Positions 35,156-45,509 of a stretch of 64,000 bases of DNA are shown in pieces. The stretch covers positions 3,348,001 through 3,412,000 of the forward strand of contig OX337229.1 in the NCBI GenBank assembly GCA_946965045.2, written 5' to 3'. The notes under the pieces were generated by a model, which had not been told where the DNA came from, ran no database searches, and saw only the letters and a program-made list of their open reading frames with translations. Each line of letters opens with the position of its first letter. The first letter of the stretch is position 1. The translations under genes were made by a program, and so were the position numbers. The DNA comes from Epithemia pelagica. Lineage: Eukaryota > Protista > Bacillariophyta.

Positions 35156-37261
35156 TTAGAAACACTTGTCGCAACAAGTGCACCCCACAGCACAGTCCAC
35201 GGAAAGAAATTTGAGTCGCTCAAAGGATTTCAAATTGCACACCTCTTGTGGGACATTCCCAGTGATGGAATTTCCCTCCATTCGAATCGTATGGAGCATC
35301 TTGAGTTCCCCCAGCTGAGTTGGCAAGTTTCCCATGATTCGATTGTCATCCAGGTACGCATAATGCAAGGCCGCACATTCACCCAATTCGGCAGGAAGGG
35401 GACCCGAAATGCTATTGTTACTCAACCACAACTCCTTCATGGCCTTCAATTGGCCTATATTTGGTGGGATTGGTCCATGAAGCTTGTTATTCTGCAAATG
35501 AAGTACTTCCAGTTTGGGCATATTGGTCCACTCGGTGGGAATGGCGCCTGAAATCATGTTGTTTTGCATGTGTATCGAACGCAAGTTTGGCATATTTCCC
35601 GCTTGGGAAGGAAGCGGACCTGTGAGTTTATTGTCATTCACACTGACACGCTCCAGGTTGCTGTTCAAGTAAAACAATCCGTTTGGAAACCGTCCCGTGA
35701 TCTGGTTTTCGTGAGCCGAGAATACCATCAAGTTGGCCAAGGTTTCCATTTCGGGTGCAATGGTACCTCCAAATTTGTTCTTCTCGATATAAATCTCTCG
35801 TACTTCTATTAGCTGGGCGAGGCTAAAGGGCACGGTACCGGTGAATCCATTGGATTCGAGATGAAGAGTCTTGAGGTTAGACAGGGAACGGATCGAAGGG
35901 AACTGGTTGTTCAAGAGGTTTTCGGACAGGTCCATGACACGAAGGTTGGAGAGACGATTAATTTCGGTGGGAACCGAACCCGAGAACTTGTTCTTGGACA
36001 AGATAAGTTCGACCGTACTCTGCAAAAAACCAATCTCCGGTGGGAGTTCTCCCTGCATGCGGTTCTTCGTCAAATGAATATACTTCAGTTTGGGCAAGTG
36101 ACGCACCACTGAAGGAAAGTTCCCGCTCAAACGGTTTTTGGACAAATCCAATCGTTCAATGGAATTGAGAGCTTTGATTTCAAAGGGAAAACTGCCCCAT
36201 ACGTAGTTGTTGGTGAGATTGAGCGCGTAGATGGGGGCATTGTCATCGTAGGTACGCATATCGATTCCGTCTACCGTTCTCATTTCACATTGCACTCCGT
36301 ACCAGGAACAAAAGCCCTTCTTGGAAAGCCAATTTTCTTGGACATACCATCCTGCGACGGGAACTCCTTCGAACTGATCGTCTGCCGTTTCAATGGGCTT
36401 TTGTTTCCCAGTCGATCTTTCATAGAAGGCGAACGAGTTGTAAAAGAAAACAGCAAGGGAAAAGCGCTGAAGAATCATTGGATCATCGTGTGCTAGCCTT
36501 GCTTGGTCCGAATAAGCAATCCATCGAAGGGCTCGTGCCTGAGGTGATCTAGAAGCGAGGAAATGTTTGGGATCGGATACCCCATTCATCACAATGTGAT
36601 CCATGATATCGTTAAATCGTTGCGAGTTTTGTGCGCGAAGAATCTGCTCCGGAGAAAGGTCGGACGTCGAGGTGAGAGCATGGAATGTGAAGAAGCCAAT
36701 AATGAAAAATGCAAATACAAGCACCAGAATGGACAAGAAACGTTGTTTGGATTTGAAAAAAAGGTAACGCATACGGCCGCAAACAGGGCCAAACATCGAG
36801 GAGGTCCGAGAGGCCCGTTGATCCCCTAGATACAGCTCTGTATCAGCAGCAATTGCATCATGTTCCGTGTTTGTGTGGTGGTCCTCGCCAAACAGGAATC
36901 GTTTCGTCCGTCCAAAGAAGCTATTGTCCTGCTGTGTGTAAACACCGGCCTGATGGTCCATCAAGTTCACCGCTGTGGTTTGAGAGACTTTGGAGGCAAA
37001 ACCACCAGCTGATGTTGTATTCCTGGTGGTAACGGTTTGCTGAAGTGCCTCGTCTTCATCGTAGAGGAATCGACGGGCCGTTTCTTGATTGCGTTGTCGT
37101 ATTGATACAAATCGGCCCTCACTATCAACAGAGTTGCTGTCCAGCTCTAACGAAGCCGAAGTGCCAGAAGCTGCTGCTTCCATCATATCCAGCTGACGCT
37201 GGCGCGCCGCTCTCCGTTCAAATCTCGACTTGGCAGGTTTATTTGAGCTCATCGTCGACAC
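35156..37261 (-). CDS. Leucine-rich-repeat receptor-like membrane protein (plant-type LRRs, no kinase domain)
   Basis: 701 aa; single internal TM (FLSILVLVFAFFIIGFF); LRRNT-like CSWYGVQC; many LxLxxNxxxGxxP repeats; Cys-capped C-terminus. Confidence 0.9.
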   Translation of the reverse strand: MSTMSSNKPAKSRFERRAARQRQLDMMEAAASGTSASLELDSNSVDSEGRFVSIRQRNQETARRFLYDEDEALQQTVTTRNTTSAGGFASKVSQTTAVNLMDHQAGVYTQQDNSFFGRTKRFLFGEDHHTNTEHDAIAADTELYLGDQRASRTSSMFGPVCGRMRYLFFKSKQRFLSILVLVFAFFIIGFFTFHALTSTSDLSPEQILRAQNSQRFNDIMDHIVMNGVSDPKHFLASRSPQARALRWIAYSDQARLAHDDPMILQRFSLAVFFYNSFAFYERSTGKQKPIETADDQFEGVPVAGWYVQENWLSKKGFCSWYGVQCEMRTVDGIDMRTYDDNAPIYALNLTNNYVWGSFPFEIKALNSIERLDLSKNRLSGNFPSVVRHLPKLKYIHLTKNRMQGELPPEIGFLQSTVELILSKNKFSGSVPTEINRLSNLRVMDLSENLLNNQFPSIRSLSNLKTLHLESNGFTGTVPFSLAQLIEVREIYIEKNKFGGTIAPEMETLANLMVFSAHENQITGRFPNGLFYLNSNLERVSVNDNKLTGPLPSQAGNMPNLRSIHMQNNMISGAIPTEWTNMPKLEVLHLQNNKLHGPIPPNIGQLKAMKELWLSNNSISGPLPAELGECAALHYAYLDDNRIMGNLPTQLGELKMLHTIRMEGNSITGNVPQEVCNLKSFERLKFLSVDCAVGCTCCDKCF

Positions 37262-37669
37262 TGGTTTCTATTTTCTCTGTCAACCAAGGCAAAGACGAAC
37301 ACCACTCAAGGACTCGATCGAGCGAAGGAATGTCAGTTGAGGTCCTTTTGCAATTCGTTCGATGACCTCTATTCGTACCCACGATGTGATTGGGGGAGAA
37401 ACTTGGGGTATGGTAGGGATCGTGGGTAAACCGCGTAGCTGGTTGGGCAGTCACAAAGAATGACCATTGATTGGGGCTTTATCTCTCCTAAGGTTCGGGC
37501 TCTCAGACAGCGCGCACCCTGTCCACTTCTACTGCCCTGCGCGCCCGCAGCTCCGTTGTCCCTTTTTCATGACAAATGATCCCAAAAATCCAAGACATCA
37601 AGAAGAATCAAGATTGTCGAGGAGGTATTTGTTTTTTGAGACAAAGGGCTAACGATCAACAACATCAAG

Positions 37670-37672
<3 letters not shown>

Positions 37673-37706
<34 letters not shown>

Positions 37707-37716
37707 AGAAGAAGAA
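37673..37716 (+). repeat. (AG)15 microsatellite followed by an (AAG)n run in the 5' region of the transporter gene
   Basis: AG repeat 37673-37702, then AAGAAGAAGAAGAA. Confidence 0.95.
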
Positions 37717-37765
37717 ACTTCCAAAACACCAGGTGCTTCTCTGCAAGTTTTGTATTGGATGACTC

Positions 37766-39757
37766 ATGAGTGTCGAAACGCCGCAGACGGCCCCACCGTC
37801 GCCCTTTTTTGAGCCCTCAACGCCGGTGGTAACAGTGACACAGCAAACACCTGGTGGAACCAAGCGGAAACTCAAGCAGAAGGCAGAAATTGCAGAGCAC
37901 AAAACTGGTTTGTTTGGATGCACTGCCAATCTGGTCAATGCCATTGTCGGTTCGGGAATTGTCGGTATTCCCTATGCCATGAAACAAGCTGGCTTCCTAG
38001 CAGGAGTTGCCTTGATCATACTTTGTGCTGTATTGACGGAAAAGTCGCTTCGTCTGTTAGTGGCCACTGCCAAGCATGTGCAATGTCCTTCCTACGAAAC
38101 TGCAGCTGAAGCAGCCTATGGGCCACTGGGATTCCGATTTGTGGCTCTAAATATGCTGATCCTTGCTTACGGCGCGATGTTGTCCTACCTTATGATTGTC
38201 AAAGACTCTTTCTCTTCACTCTTTGGCGTGGAACCTGACAATAAACCTTTACGAAGAGCAATTCTTCTTCTTGTGTCACTCATGGTCATGCTCCCTCTCG
38301 CCTGCAAACGAGACATGGCTGATTTAGCTTTTACAAGTCGAGTCTCGGTTGCAATTGACGTGTTTTTGGTTTTCTTGGTGGCCCAGCAAGCTCCAGTCGC
38401 TCCATCGTTTGAATCCATTGGAGGATGGGAAGGCCTCCTTCATCGCACAGTTCACTTTGATACCCTTTTTGTCGGGTTGGGCGTCTTGTCCTTTGCCTTT
38501 GTTTGTCAGCATTCAGCGTTTATCATTGCAGGAAGTATGGAAAAACCGACCAATGCGCGCTGGTCCGTTGTGACACGAACTGCTTTGCTATCCTCCTGCA
38601 CTTTGGCCCTGGTGGCTGGGGTCTCCGGCTACCTCGGGTTCCTCGAGAACACAAAGGGAAATGTACTCAAGAATCTGGATACGGAGAGCTTGGCAGGTAC
38701 TGCTGCTCGGACCATGCTGGGTATAACAATGCTTTTTGTCTTCCCACTCGAATCCTTTGTGGCTCGTCATGTGTGTGTCGTCCTTCTTTTTGCAGGTCGA
38801 CGTGCCCATGAAGGTGACGACACAACAATCCTCAATCGCCGTGATCGACGGATTGGTCTCACCACTGTCTTGTATATCTTGGCCCTGGTTCCGGCGGCAG
38901 TCTTTGACGACTTGGGCCCCGTGTTGGCAATCACCGGTGCCGTGGGAGGATCTTGCTTGAGCTACATTGGGCCAGGGCTCATCTACTTGGGAGTGCATGG
39001 TGGTCGATTTTTGGAACTGGTGGATCAATCATGGCTTGGGAGCATTGCCACCCGGAGAAGACAAGGGGGCACAGCTGGTGGCACGCCGAGAGAACAAACT
39101 GGTCGGGCCAACGAGACGACCCGACTGGTAAGCCAGACAACTGCTCCGGCAGCTAATTCGAACGCTTCAGAGATGGTATCCGAGTCCTCCTTCGTCATTA
39201 CGACATTGAACCAACTGGTTTGGTTTCTGTTGGGGATGCCCTTTTGGTGCTTTCTTGCGAGTGAAGGCAAGACTGGACTTGAACGACATAATCTCGAAAT
39301 GGCCCTGAAATCACCTCATCCTATACGGATTGGAGATGTGAGAAAAGCCCGATCCGCCGATGTGGAGCGACAACAAGATCACCGAACGACCATTGACTCG
39401 AGTAGTGCCGCCCTGATGATTGCTCCTGGAGAACAACTGGTACGGCACAACTCCTTTTCCACACCATCACCTTCAGGAACTACTGGAGTGAGCACAATCG
39501 GAGGACTACCGCCTCCCTCTCCTTCCACTATTCGGACCAACAACGTGCCAAGGGGTGTGGGTATTAACGAGATGCTGGGGAAGCAACTAGTACAGAAACG
39601 GAAGTTGCAGGAGCAAGTTTCCGTTCTGGAACGAGACCAACAAGAAGCCCCTGCTGGATGGTGCGAGTTTCTCGTTGCAATGTTTTATGTTTTGTTTGGA
39701 ATGTTGGCACTATTCGCTGGTGTTCTATCCCTTGTTCAAGAAAAATCGGAGGATTGA
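37766..39757 (+). CDS. Amino-acid transporter (AAAP/SLC38, Aa_trans family)
   Basis: NLVNAIVGSGIVGIPYAM and FAFVCQHS motifs, about 11 TM segments; long C-terminal loop before a final hydrophobic helix. Confidence 0.9.
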   Translation: MSVETPQTAPPSPFFEPSTPVVTVTQQTPGGTKRKLKQKAEIAEHKTGLFGCTANLVNAIVGSGIVGIPYAMKQAGFLAGVALIILCAVLTEKSLRLLVATAKHVQCPSYETAAEAAYGPLGFRFVALNMLILAYGAMLSYLMIVKDSFSSLFGVEPDNKPLRRAILLLVSLMVMLPLACKRDMADLAFTSRVSVAIDVFLVFLVAQQAPVAPSFESIGGWEGLLHRTVHFDTLFVGLGVLSFAFVCQHSAFIIAGSMEKPTNARWSVVTRTALLSSCTLALVAGVSGYLGFLENTKGNVLKNLDTESLAGTAARTMLGITMLFVFPLESFVARHVCVVLLFAGRRAHEGDDTTILNRRDRRIGLTTVLYILALVPAAVFDDLGPVLAITGAVGGSCLSYIGPGLIYLGVHGGRFLELVDQSWLGSIATRRRQGGTAGGTPREQTGRANETTRLVSQTTAPAANSNASEMVSESSFVITTLNQLVWFLLGMPFWCFLASEGKTGLERHNLEMALKSPHPIRIGDVRKARSADVERQQDHRTTIDSSSAALMIAPGEQLVRHNSFSTPSPSGTTGVSTIGGLPPPSPSTIRTNNVPRGVGINEMLGKQLVQKRKLQEQVSVLERDQQEAPAGWCEFLVAMFYVLFGMLALFAGVLSLVQEKSED

Positions 39758-40606
39758 TTCGTTGTCCAACCATGTAGGAATATTCCACAACGGATGAACC
39801 GACGTGGATTGTATGAAGCCGTCTTATTTGTTTTTTGTATGATAGCATGATGGATTTGACCGATGGAGAGATCAATTCATGTAATAAAAGTCAATGCACC
39901 CGTGTACTATATGACAGCAACGGACAGAACCAAATGAGTTGGAATCCGTTGGAGGTCTTCACTTGGCGTTTGTGTACACGGTAGTTGTGGTTATTAGGAA
40001 AAAGTGAGACAAGGATCCTGCGGCTGCGGTTGGTGGTGGAGGGAGCTGAATGAGACACGGCTGGCGACATGGCCACGTGCGCACTTATAATGACGGACGA
40101 CCGCGTGGAAGGGACTTGATGAAACTGTAGATCCACTTTCTAGTCTACAGACTCGCTTAAGTTTCTGGGCTTAATCAATATTATTATGCCCCTCACCTCC
40201 ACTCGCAACATTGCTTCGCAGTTCGTTTTTCAATCAACTCTTTTGTGAGGGAGACTTGTGGTGTTGTTGTTGCTTTTGTGGGTTTCATTGTCCCATCGAG
40301 ACTTCATGCACATGTACATGTCTTTTTTTGTCATGTTTGACAAACGCGATAGAAAACAAACATCACTTTCATAAAAGCAGATGCGATTGGACTGAAAACT
40401 GAGTTTTGAAGGAAGATATCAGTGAAGTCCATACACATCAGTCCAAACACTTCGCCTCTTGGATCGAGGCGAAACAGTTGTGGTGTTGTCGTTTTCGAGC
40501 GTGGACGAATCACATTCCTCGCCGTTGCAATTTTCGTATCGTGGAACTGTCCAACGAGAACGTGGGTCTGGAATTAAATCTGCTCCACTTGTATCATTTT
40601 TAAACG

Positions 40607-42742
40607 ATGCAGCGTCTTGGAGAAAATGCAATGTGGTTGCGGGAGGACAATCTCTCCATCAAAAATGAGATTGTGATACCCTACGACAGTGAACTGGCGC
40701 TATGGGATCGTCCATCCTGGGTGGACTCTCTTTTGCGATTACGGTGGTGTTTTTGTCCAACATCGCCTTCCGCCCCATCCACCACACTCGAGAACACCGG
40801 TCTACTCAAGTCCAACAAGAAAAGCAAAAAGAAGAGAAAAAAGCAGCAGGCCTACCAGAACCGACAACGCGGAGGATCCACGTACTATGCCTATCAACAC
40901 CCACGCTATGACATACCTCCCCCACCACCACCGACCCCCTATGAATACCGACACCATCATAACGTGAAGTATGAAAATTACGGGCATTTTTCCTTTGCCG
41001 AATATCATTACCAAACCCACGGGTACAACTATCCACACCAGTCACAGGCGGACCACATTGGTTTTGTCCAGCCACATTCACATGCTGCCACCCACCACCG
41101 ATACAACCCAGTTATCAGAGATTCTTCCCAGGATCATTCTGGGTATGCGAACTATGATCATTATGCGCTAAGTTCCTTATCAAGCGCAGGAAGTGCCGAG
41201 CTCCTCGCTGCGGTGGTAACACCCGCAACGGAGGACCGAATGTCGCATCCAGCGGTGAATAATGGGGAGGGAATATCCGCGGCCGCCGCGGCTGCAGGAA
41301 ATGCAGCTGCTGCGGCTCTCAAACGAACGACAGAGAAAAGAGAAGTCGAGAAACGAGAAACAGAAAAGCCATATCAGCAACAAAGGCTTTCTACGTCGTC
41401 CAGAAACCCAAATCTACCTCCCCTCGTTCATCGTGCCCCTTCACCACTTCCACATGGTCATTCACATCAACAGGAAACGACGGTTACACCGTCATCGTCA
41501 GCTGTAGGAGAAAAGCCCCCTTTGCCGGTACCTTCACGGTCTGTGAGTCCTTCGTCGGTAACCCGACCAGTTTTACAGATTCGACCTTCGTCGCCATTTT
41601 CAGATCGACCGAGACTACATTCAGACGGTTCGAAACGAAGTGTAGGCACGGGGAGTACGAGACATCGACGAAAAGCTCATGAAACATTTGAGTTCAGCTC
41701 CAACAGTTTACAGCAAATTGTCAAGCACGAACAGGAACTCCCTCGTACGTCCCCTCCGAAGTACATTGAGTATCCAAGTCAACCTGCGATTGTTGATTGG
41801 CCTGCACTCGATTCCAAACATTTCGATGATGATGATAACAGCACCACCAATCTGTCTCTGGATGAAGAAATCAGACACTTGGTGTCAAGAGCTTCCAAGT
41901 TACCTAAGACGGTTGAGTACATGTCTCCTGTGGAATCTTCTGACGATGCAAACACTCTTGAGCGCAGCACGAATCTTCCGGCATTGTCTTGGTTGAATTC
42001 GTGGTCCGCCCAGGGCGACGATGCTGCGGGTAACCCAGCTCAAGAGCCTCAGCTTACAGAGTACCTGGCCATTAGCAGATCCGTTCGAATGAAGGAGAAA
42101 GTACCATTGTCATTGTCAAAACACAGGTTCAAGGAAAACAATAAGATCGGCGCGGAAACACCCGTCTATATGCCCCGATGTAAAGCATATGACAGACCAT
42201 TACGGAAGGCAAAGAACCGGGTGGTCGTTTCTGGATGGGCTGCTGTTTCCTTGTCGGACAAGTTACGAAACAGATTGGTTGTGATGGAAGGTCCCCTTCA
42301 ATTAAAGCACTCTGATATCTCATACATCCAAGTGATTCAATTTTCGGATCGATCCAAGCGTCCTGTATTGAGAATCAAACAGGAATCAGGAGATCATGAC
42401 GTTGAGCTGAAATCGCGGTATGAGCAGCAGTTCATAAGTCAGGACGTTTGTGGTCGTGCAGGCCGTTGTGTGTGTCTTGTGGATGGCACCACGAGAGAAG
42501 CCTTGGCGACAATTTTACCCGTGTCCTTGCCGAAATACTTTTTCCGCAACGATAAGCTTGTGGACGGAGCGTCGTTTGACAACTGGCAAACGGCTCTTTT
42601 CACTCCCTTTGTGAAAACACCACCTCGATCCAGCCGTGAACATGCGGATCGAGGAGCCGAGTTCTTTATGAATCGATATGCCCCCGATGAACAATACGAC
42701 GCTGCCACGCATCTGTTGTTCTCGGCGGATTCTTTGTTGTGA
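40607..42742 (+). CDS. Uncharacterised 711-aa protein (His/Tyr/Pro-rich low-complexity N-half, folded C-terminal domain)
   Basis: Long uninterrupted ORF; no family motif recognised. Confidence 0.65.
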   Translation: MQRLGENAMWLREDNLSIKNEIVIPYDSELALWDRPSWVDSLLRLRWCFCPTSPSAPSTTLENTGLLKSNKKSKKKRKKQQAYQNRQRGGSTYYAYQHPRYDIPPPPPPTPYEYRHHHNVKYENYGHFSFAEYHYQTHGYNYPHQSQADHIGFVQPHSHAATHHRYNPVIRDSSQDHSGYANYDHYALSSLSSAGSAELLAAVVTPATEDRMSHPAVNNGEGISAAAAAAGNAAAAALKRTTEKREVEKRETEKPYQQQRLSTSSRNPNLPPLVHRAPSPLPHGHSHQQETTVTPSSSAVGEKPPLPVPSRSVSPSSVTRPVLQIRPSSPFSDRPRLHSDGSKRSVGTGSTRHRRKAHETFEFSSNSLQQIVKHEQELPRTSPPKYIEYPSQPAIVDWPALDSKHFDDDDNSTTNLSLDEEIRHLVSRASKLPKTVEYMSPVESSDDANTLERSTNLPALSWLNSWSAQGDDAAGNPAQEPQLTEYLAISRSVRMKEKVPLSLSKHRFKENNKIGAETPVYMPRCKAYDRPLRKAKNRVVVSGWAAVSLSDKLRNRLVVMEGPLQLKHSDISYIQVIQFSDRSKRPVLRIKQESGDHDVELKSRYEQQFISQDVCGRAGRCVCLVDGTTREALATILPVSLPKYFFRNDKLVDGASFDNWQTALFTPFVKTPPRSSREHADRGAEFFMNRYAPDEQYDAATHLLFSADSLL

Positions 42743-43191
42743 ATGTATAATGATTCTCCACACTTGTCTTTGCTTCAGTGAGGGGAGAAAACGCTACGAA
42801 TGTTCTCATTGTCAGACAATTTGCGTTCAGTTCGTCACTCAACGCATGAATACTACTAGGTGCTAGTCTCTAATAACGAACTGACCTGTTTGCAATGGTC
42901 TTTTAACTCATTCAGAATAAATTACTTCACAGTAGGTACTTTATAGCTACAGAGTGACGGAGGCCTAAAAGTAGGTCCTCCATCCATTCAATGGGTTCAT
43001 TCTTGGTTGAGAGTCCCGTCGGAGGTCACGATTGTTTGAGAAATTGGTTCCAACTCTAGGTAATGCCAGACCGACCATTGCAGTTGCGTGTAAATACTAA
43101 CCAAAGGACCAGTCGACAAGGGCAAATTAGAGCGCAAGAATAGAATCATGACACGTAGTCTGACCAAGATAAGCAAAATGCAGCGAGAAGG

Positions 43192-43693
43192 TCACTGTTC
43201 CGAATCGGATTTGCCCTCCTCGTTCATTTTCTCTTCCTTGAGATATTCATCCAACAGTTCTTTGGCCCGAAACACTTTGGATTGTAGATAAAAACTTCCG
43301 CCTTTTGAAATGTCGTTCGCAGCCATGTACTTTTCGTATTGCTGTATGTGTGAATTGTTGGTTTAGGAATTATTGGTGTCCATGGAAACGAACAAAACAT
43401 TGAGAGACAACATACAGGAGGGTACCAAAACACCCACGAAAGATAGGACTGACCTTTTGGACTGCTTCCAAGGTTACTTCTGTTTCGCTCAAATTCAACA
43501 CTTGCAGCGCTTCCTGCTTGCTTATGGTTCTTCGTAGGATCGATGAGGCCGCAGACGCAGTATTGGCATCCATTCCAGCCTTTCGAGCATTTTGAAGAGC
43601 CTGTTGGTACGCCGCTGGGAGGGCCCGAGCTAGGACTGCCACCAAGGGAACAATCACTTGAGCGATAATTCTTGCAAATGGACCGATTGCCAT
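43192..43693 (-). CDS. PAM16: Mitochondrial import motor subunit Pam16/Tim16; complement(join(43192..43341,43454..43693)), 129 aa
   Basis: [17 protein letters not shown], then after a 112-nt intron [26 protein letters not shown], the J-like domain signature. Confidence 0.93.
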
Positions 43694-44148
43694 TTTTTTA
43701 AACAAACGTTGAGATAGAATGGAATGGATCAGTTGATAGATGATATTCCACTGTGTGAAATCGTATCGTCGACACAGAGACACTTCATTCTTCATTTGCG
43801 ACCTTCTGGCGCGAATGGCGAAATGGATGGAAGTCGCACGAGCGAGAAAGAAAATCGCAAGGCAGACAGACATGGGGACTGACATGACGTCATATCGTGC
43901 AGCAACCATATTGTAGCGTAATGACCGTGTGCACCGTGAACTCGGAGACGAAAACTAATGACGTCATAGACTTTATTGATAGACCAGGGACACCCGGAAA
44001 ATCTTCACACGCGACCAATCAAACAAAATTCTAGAAATCTCGTATTACAGTACAATGATCTTAAGTAATCTTGAGAAAATCTAACGGTCGCGTATGCATG
44101 GACAGGAAAGTAATCTACTTAAGGATTTTGCACGCACGCATAGCACTA

Positions 44149-44336
44149 GGAAAATTCACATCATATGCGAATTTTCCCATCAGATATGAAAATTCACATG
44201 GAGGTGCGATTCTTCACGTGAAGATTCGCACCTCTCATGTGAATTTTCACATCTCATGTGAAGAAAAAATTTCTTCACATCTTCTTCACATCGTCTTCAC
44301 ATCGTCTTCACATCGTCTTCACATCATGTTCGAACG
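44149..44336. repeat. Left TTCACAT / GAAnnTTC motif array with 11-bp tandem (TCTTCACATCG-type) block
   Basis: GAAnnTTC dyads at 44150, 44169, 44188, 44220, 44241; tandem CTTCACAT copies ~44272-44325; ends in TTCGAACG. Confidence 0.92.
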
Positions 44337-44867
44337 ACCTCGGGATCCACAGAATTTGTCGTCGTCATCATCTCATCATCATGTTGGATGCTCTCGACTC
44401 AAGATTGGTTGCGGGCTGAATCAGGTTTGGTCCAAGGCATTTCGAATCGACACCACCTACCAATCACACTACACCACCTACCAATCACTACTACTACAGT
44501 TGTTGTTTTTGTTGTCCTTGGGACGGCAAGATTTGATGGAAACGACCAGTTGATTGGATCCCATTGCCAAGATGGCACGGACTTGGGACGTCGTGGCCTT
44601 CATTCAAAAACACCCTTGCTCAACGCCAATGTTGTTTTGAGCGACAATGGCATTCTACCCGACCCCCAAGCCAGGATAACCACCAACCAACCAGTGACAA
44701 CCACCGCAACCACAAGTTTGCGAGTGCGACACCCTCCAGCAGCACAACAACAACAACAACGACGACGACATCTACGACTGATTCACCGTGGCACTGTCCT
44801 GGTCAAGTCCATTGGGAATTGGCCTTTCAATTGGAACGGTTGGTCCAACAATTCAACAGTATCAAGA

Positions 44868-44906
44868 GTCCCTCGTCCCTCGTCCCTCGTCCCTCGTCCC
44901 TCGTCC
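44868..44906 (+). repeat. 7-bp minisatellite (GTCCCTC)x5.5
   Basis: Five full units plus GTCC, read directly from the sequence. Confidence 0.95.
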
Positions 44907-45304
44907 TGACCCAACAACCAACGCTGCAAGAGCAGCAACATGCCCATGGCACTCATAGTCTCACTTGTGAAGGATCAACACAACCATCTAATCCCTGGTT
45001 GTTGTGGAATGCCAACAACAATTGTTTTCGTACACCCAGGTACGAACGATATTGACACTGGTTTGGTCAAGACGGCATGCTTTGTTCTCACAAGAATACC
45101 CAGCCTACGGACAACAAGACAAAACCAGATGACAACAACAATTACAACAAGGATCTGGTCGGGGCTGCTGGAAACACAACAACAACAACAGCTCCAAGGA
45201 ATCAATGAGGTCCTGGTCCCGGAGGATCAGGAGAAACAGCAACACTAGTAACTACTTTCTATAGTCCTTTATTCTCCCATTTTTCTTTCATACTCTCATT
45301 TTTG

Positions 45305-45509
45305 TTGTTTTCACATTGTCTTCACATCTCCTTCACATCTTCTTCACATCTCCTTCACATCGTTGATGTGAATTTTCACATATTCATGTGAATTTTCACA
45401 TGAAGTGTGAATATTCCTATCGCCACTTTTTTCTTCACATGACAGATGCGAAATTTCACATCGACGATGTGAAATTTCACATGAAGTTTCCTTGAAGTAA
45501 ATTCGAACG
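45305..45509. repeat. Right TTCACAT / GAAnnTTC motif array with tandem CTTCACAT block
   Basis: Tandem (C/T)TTCACAT copies ~45310-45360; dyads at 45370, 45390, 45409, 45450, 45471, 45483; ends in TTCGAACG. Confidence 0.92.

Noticed and set aside
43005-43070. TPP riboswitch-like fragments (TGAGAG..TCCC, GGTAATGCCAG)
   Set aside because: The fragments are too far apart, the UGAACCUGA and GGGA core elements are missing, and no thiamine gene is adjacent.
44144-44150. CACTAGG as a CACTA-transposon terminus
   Set aside because: No matching TAGTG end with a 3-bp TSD at the other side of the cassette.
44272-45360. CTTCACAT tandem blocks as a CRISPR array
   Set aside because: Units are 10-11 bp, contiguous, lack unique spacers, and no cas genes are present.
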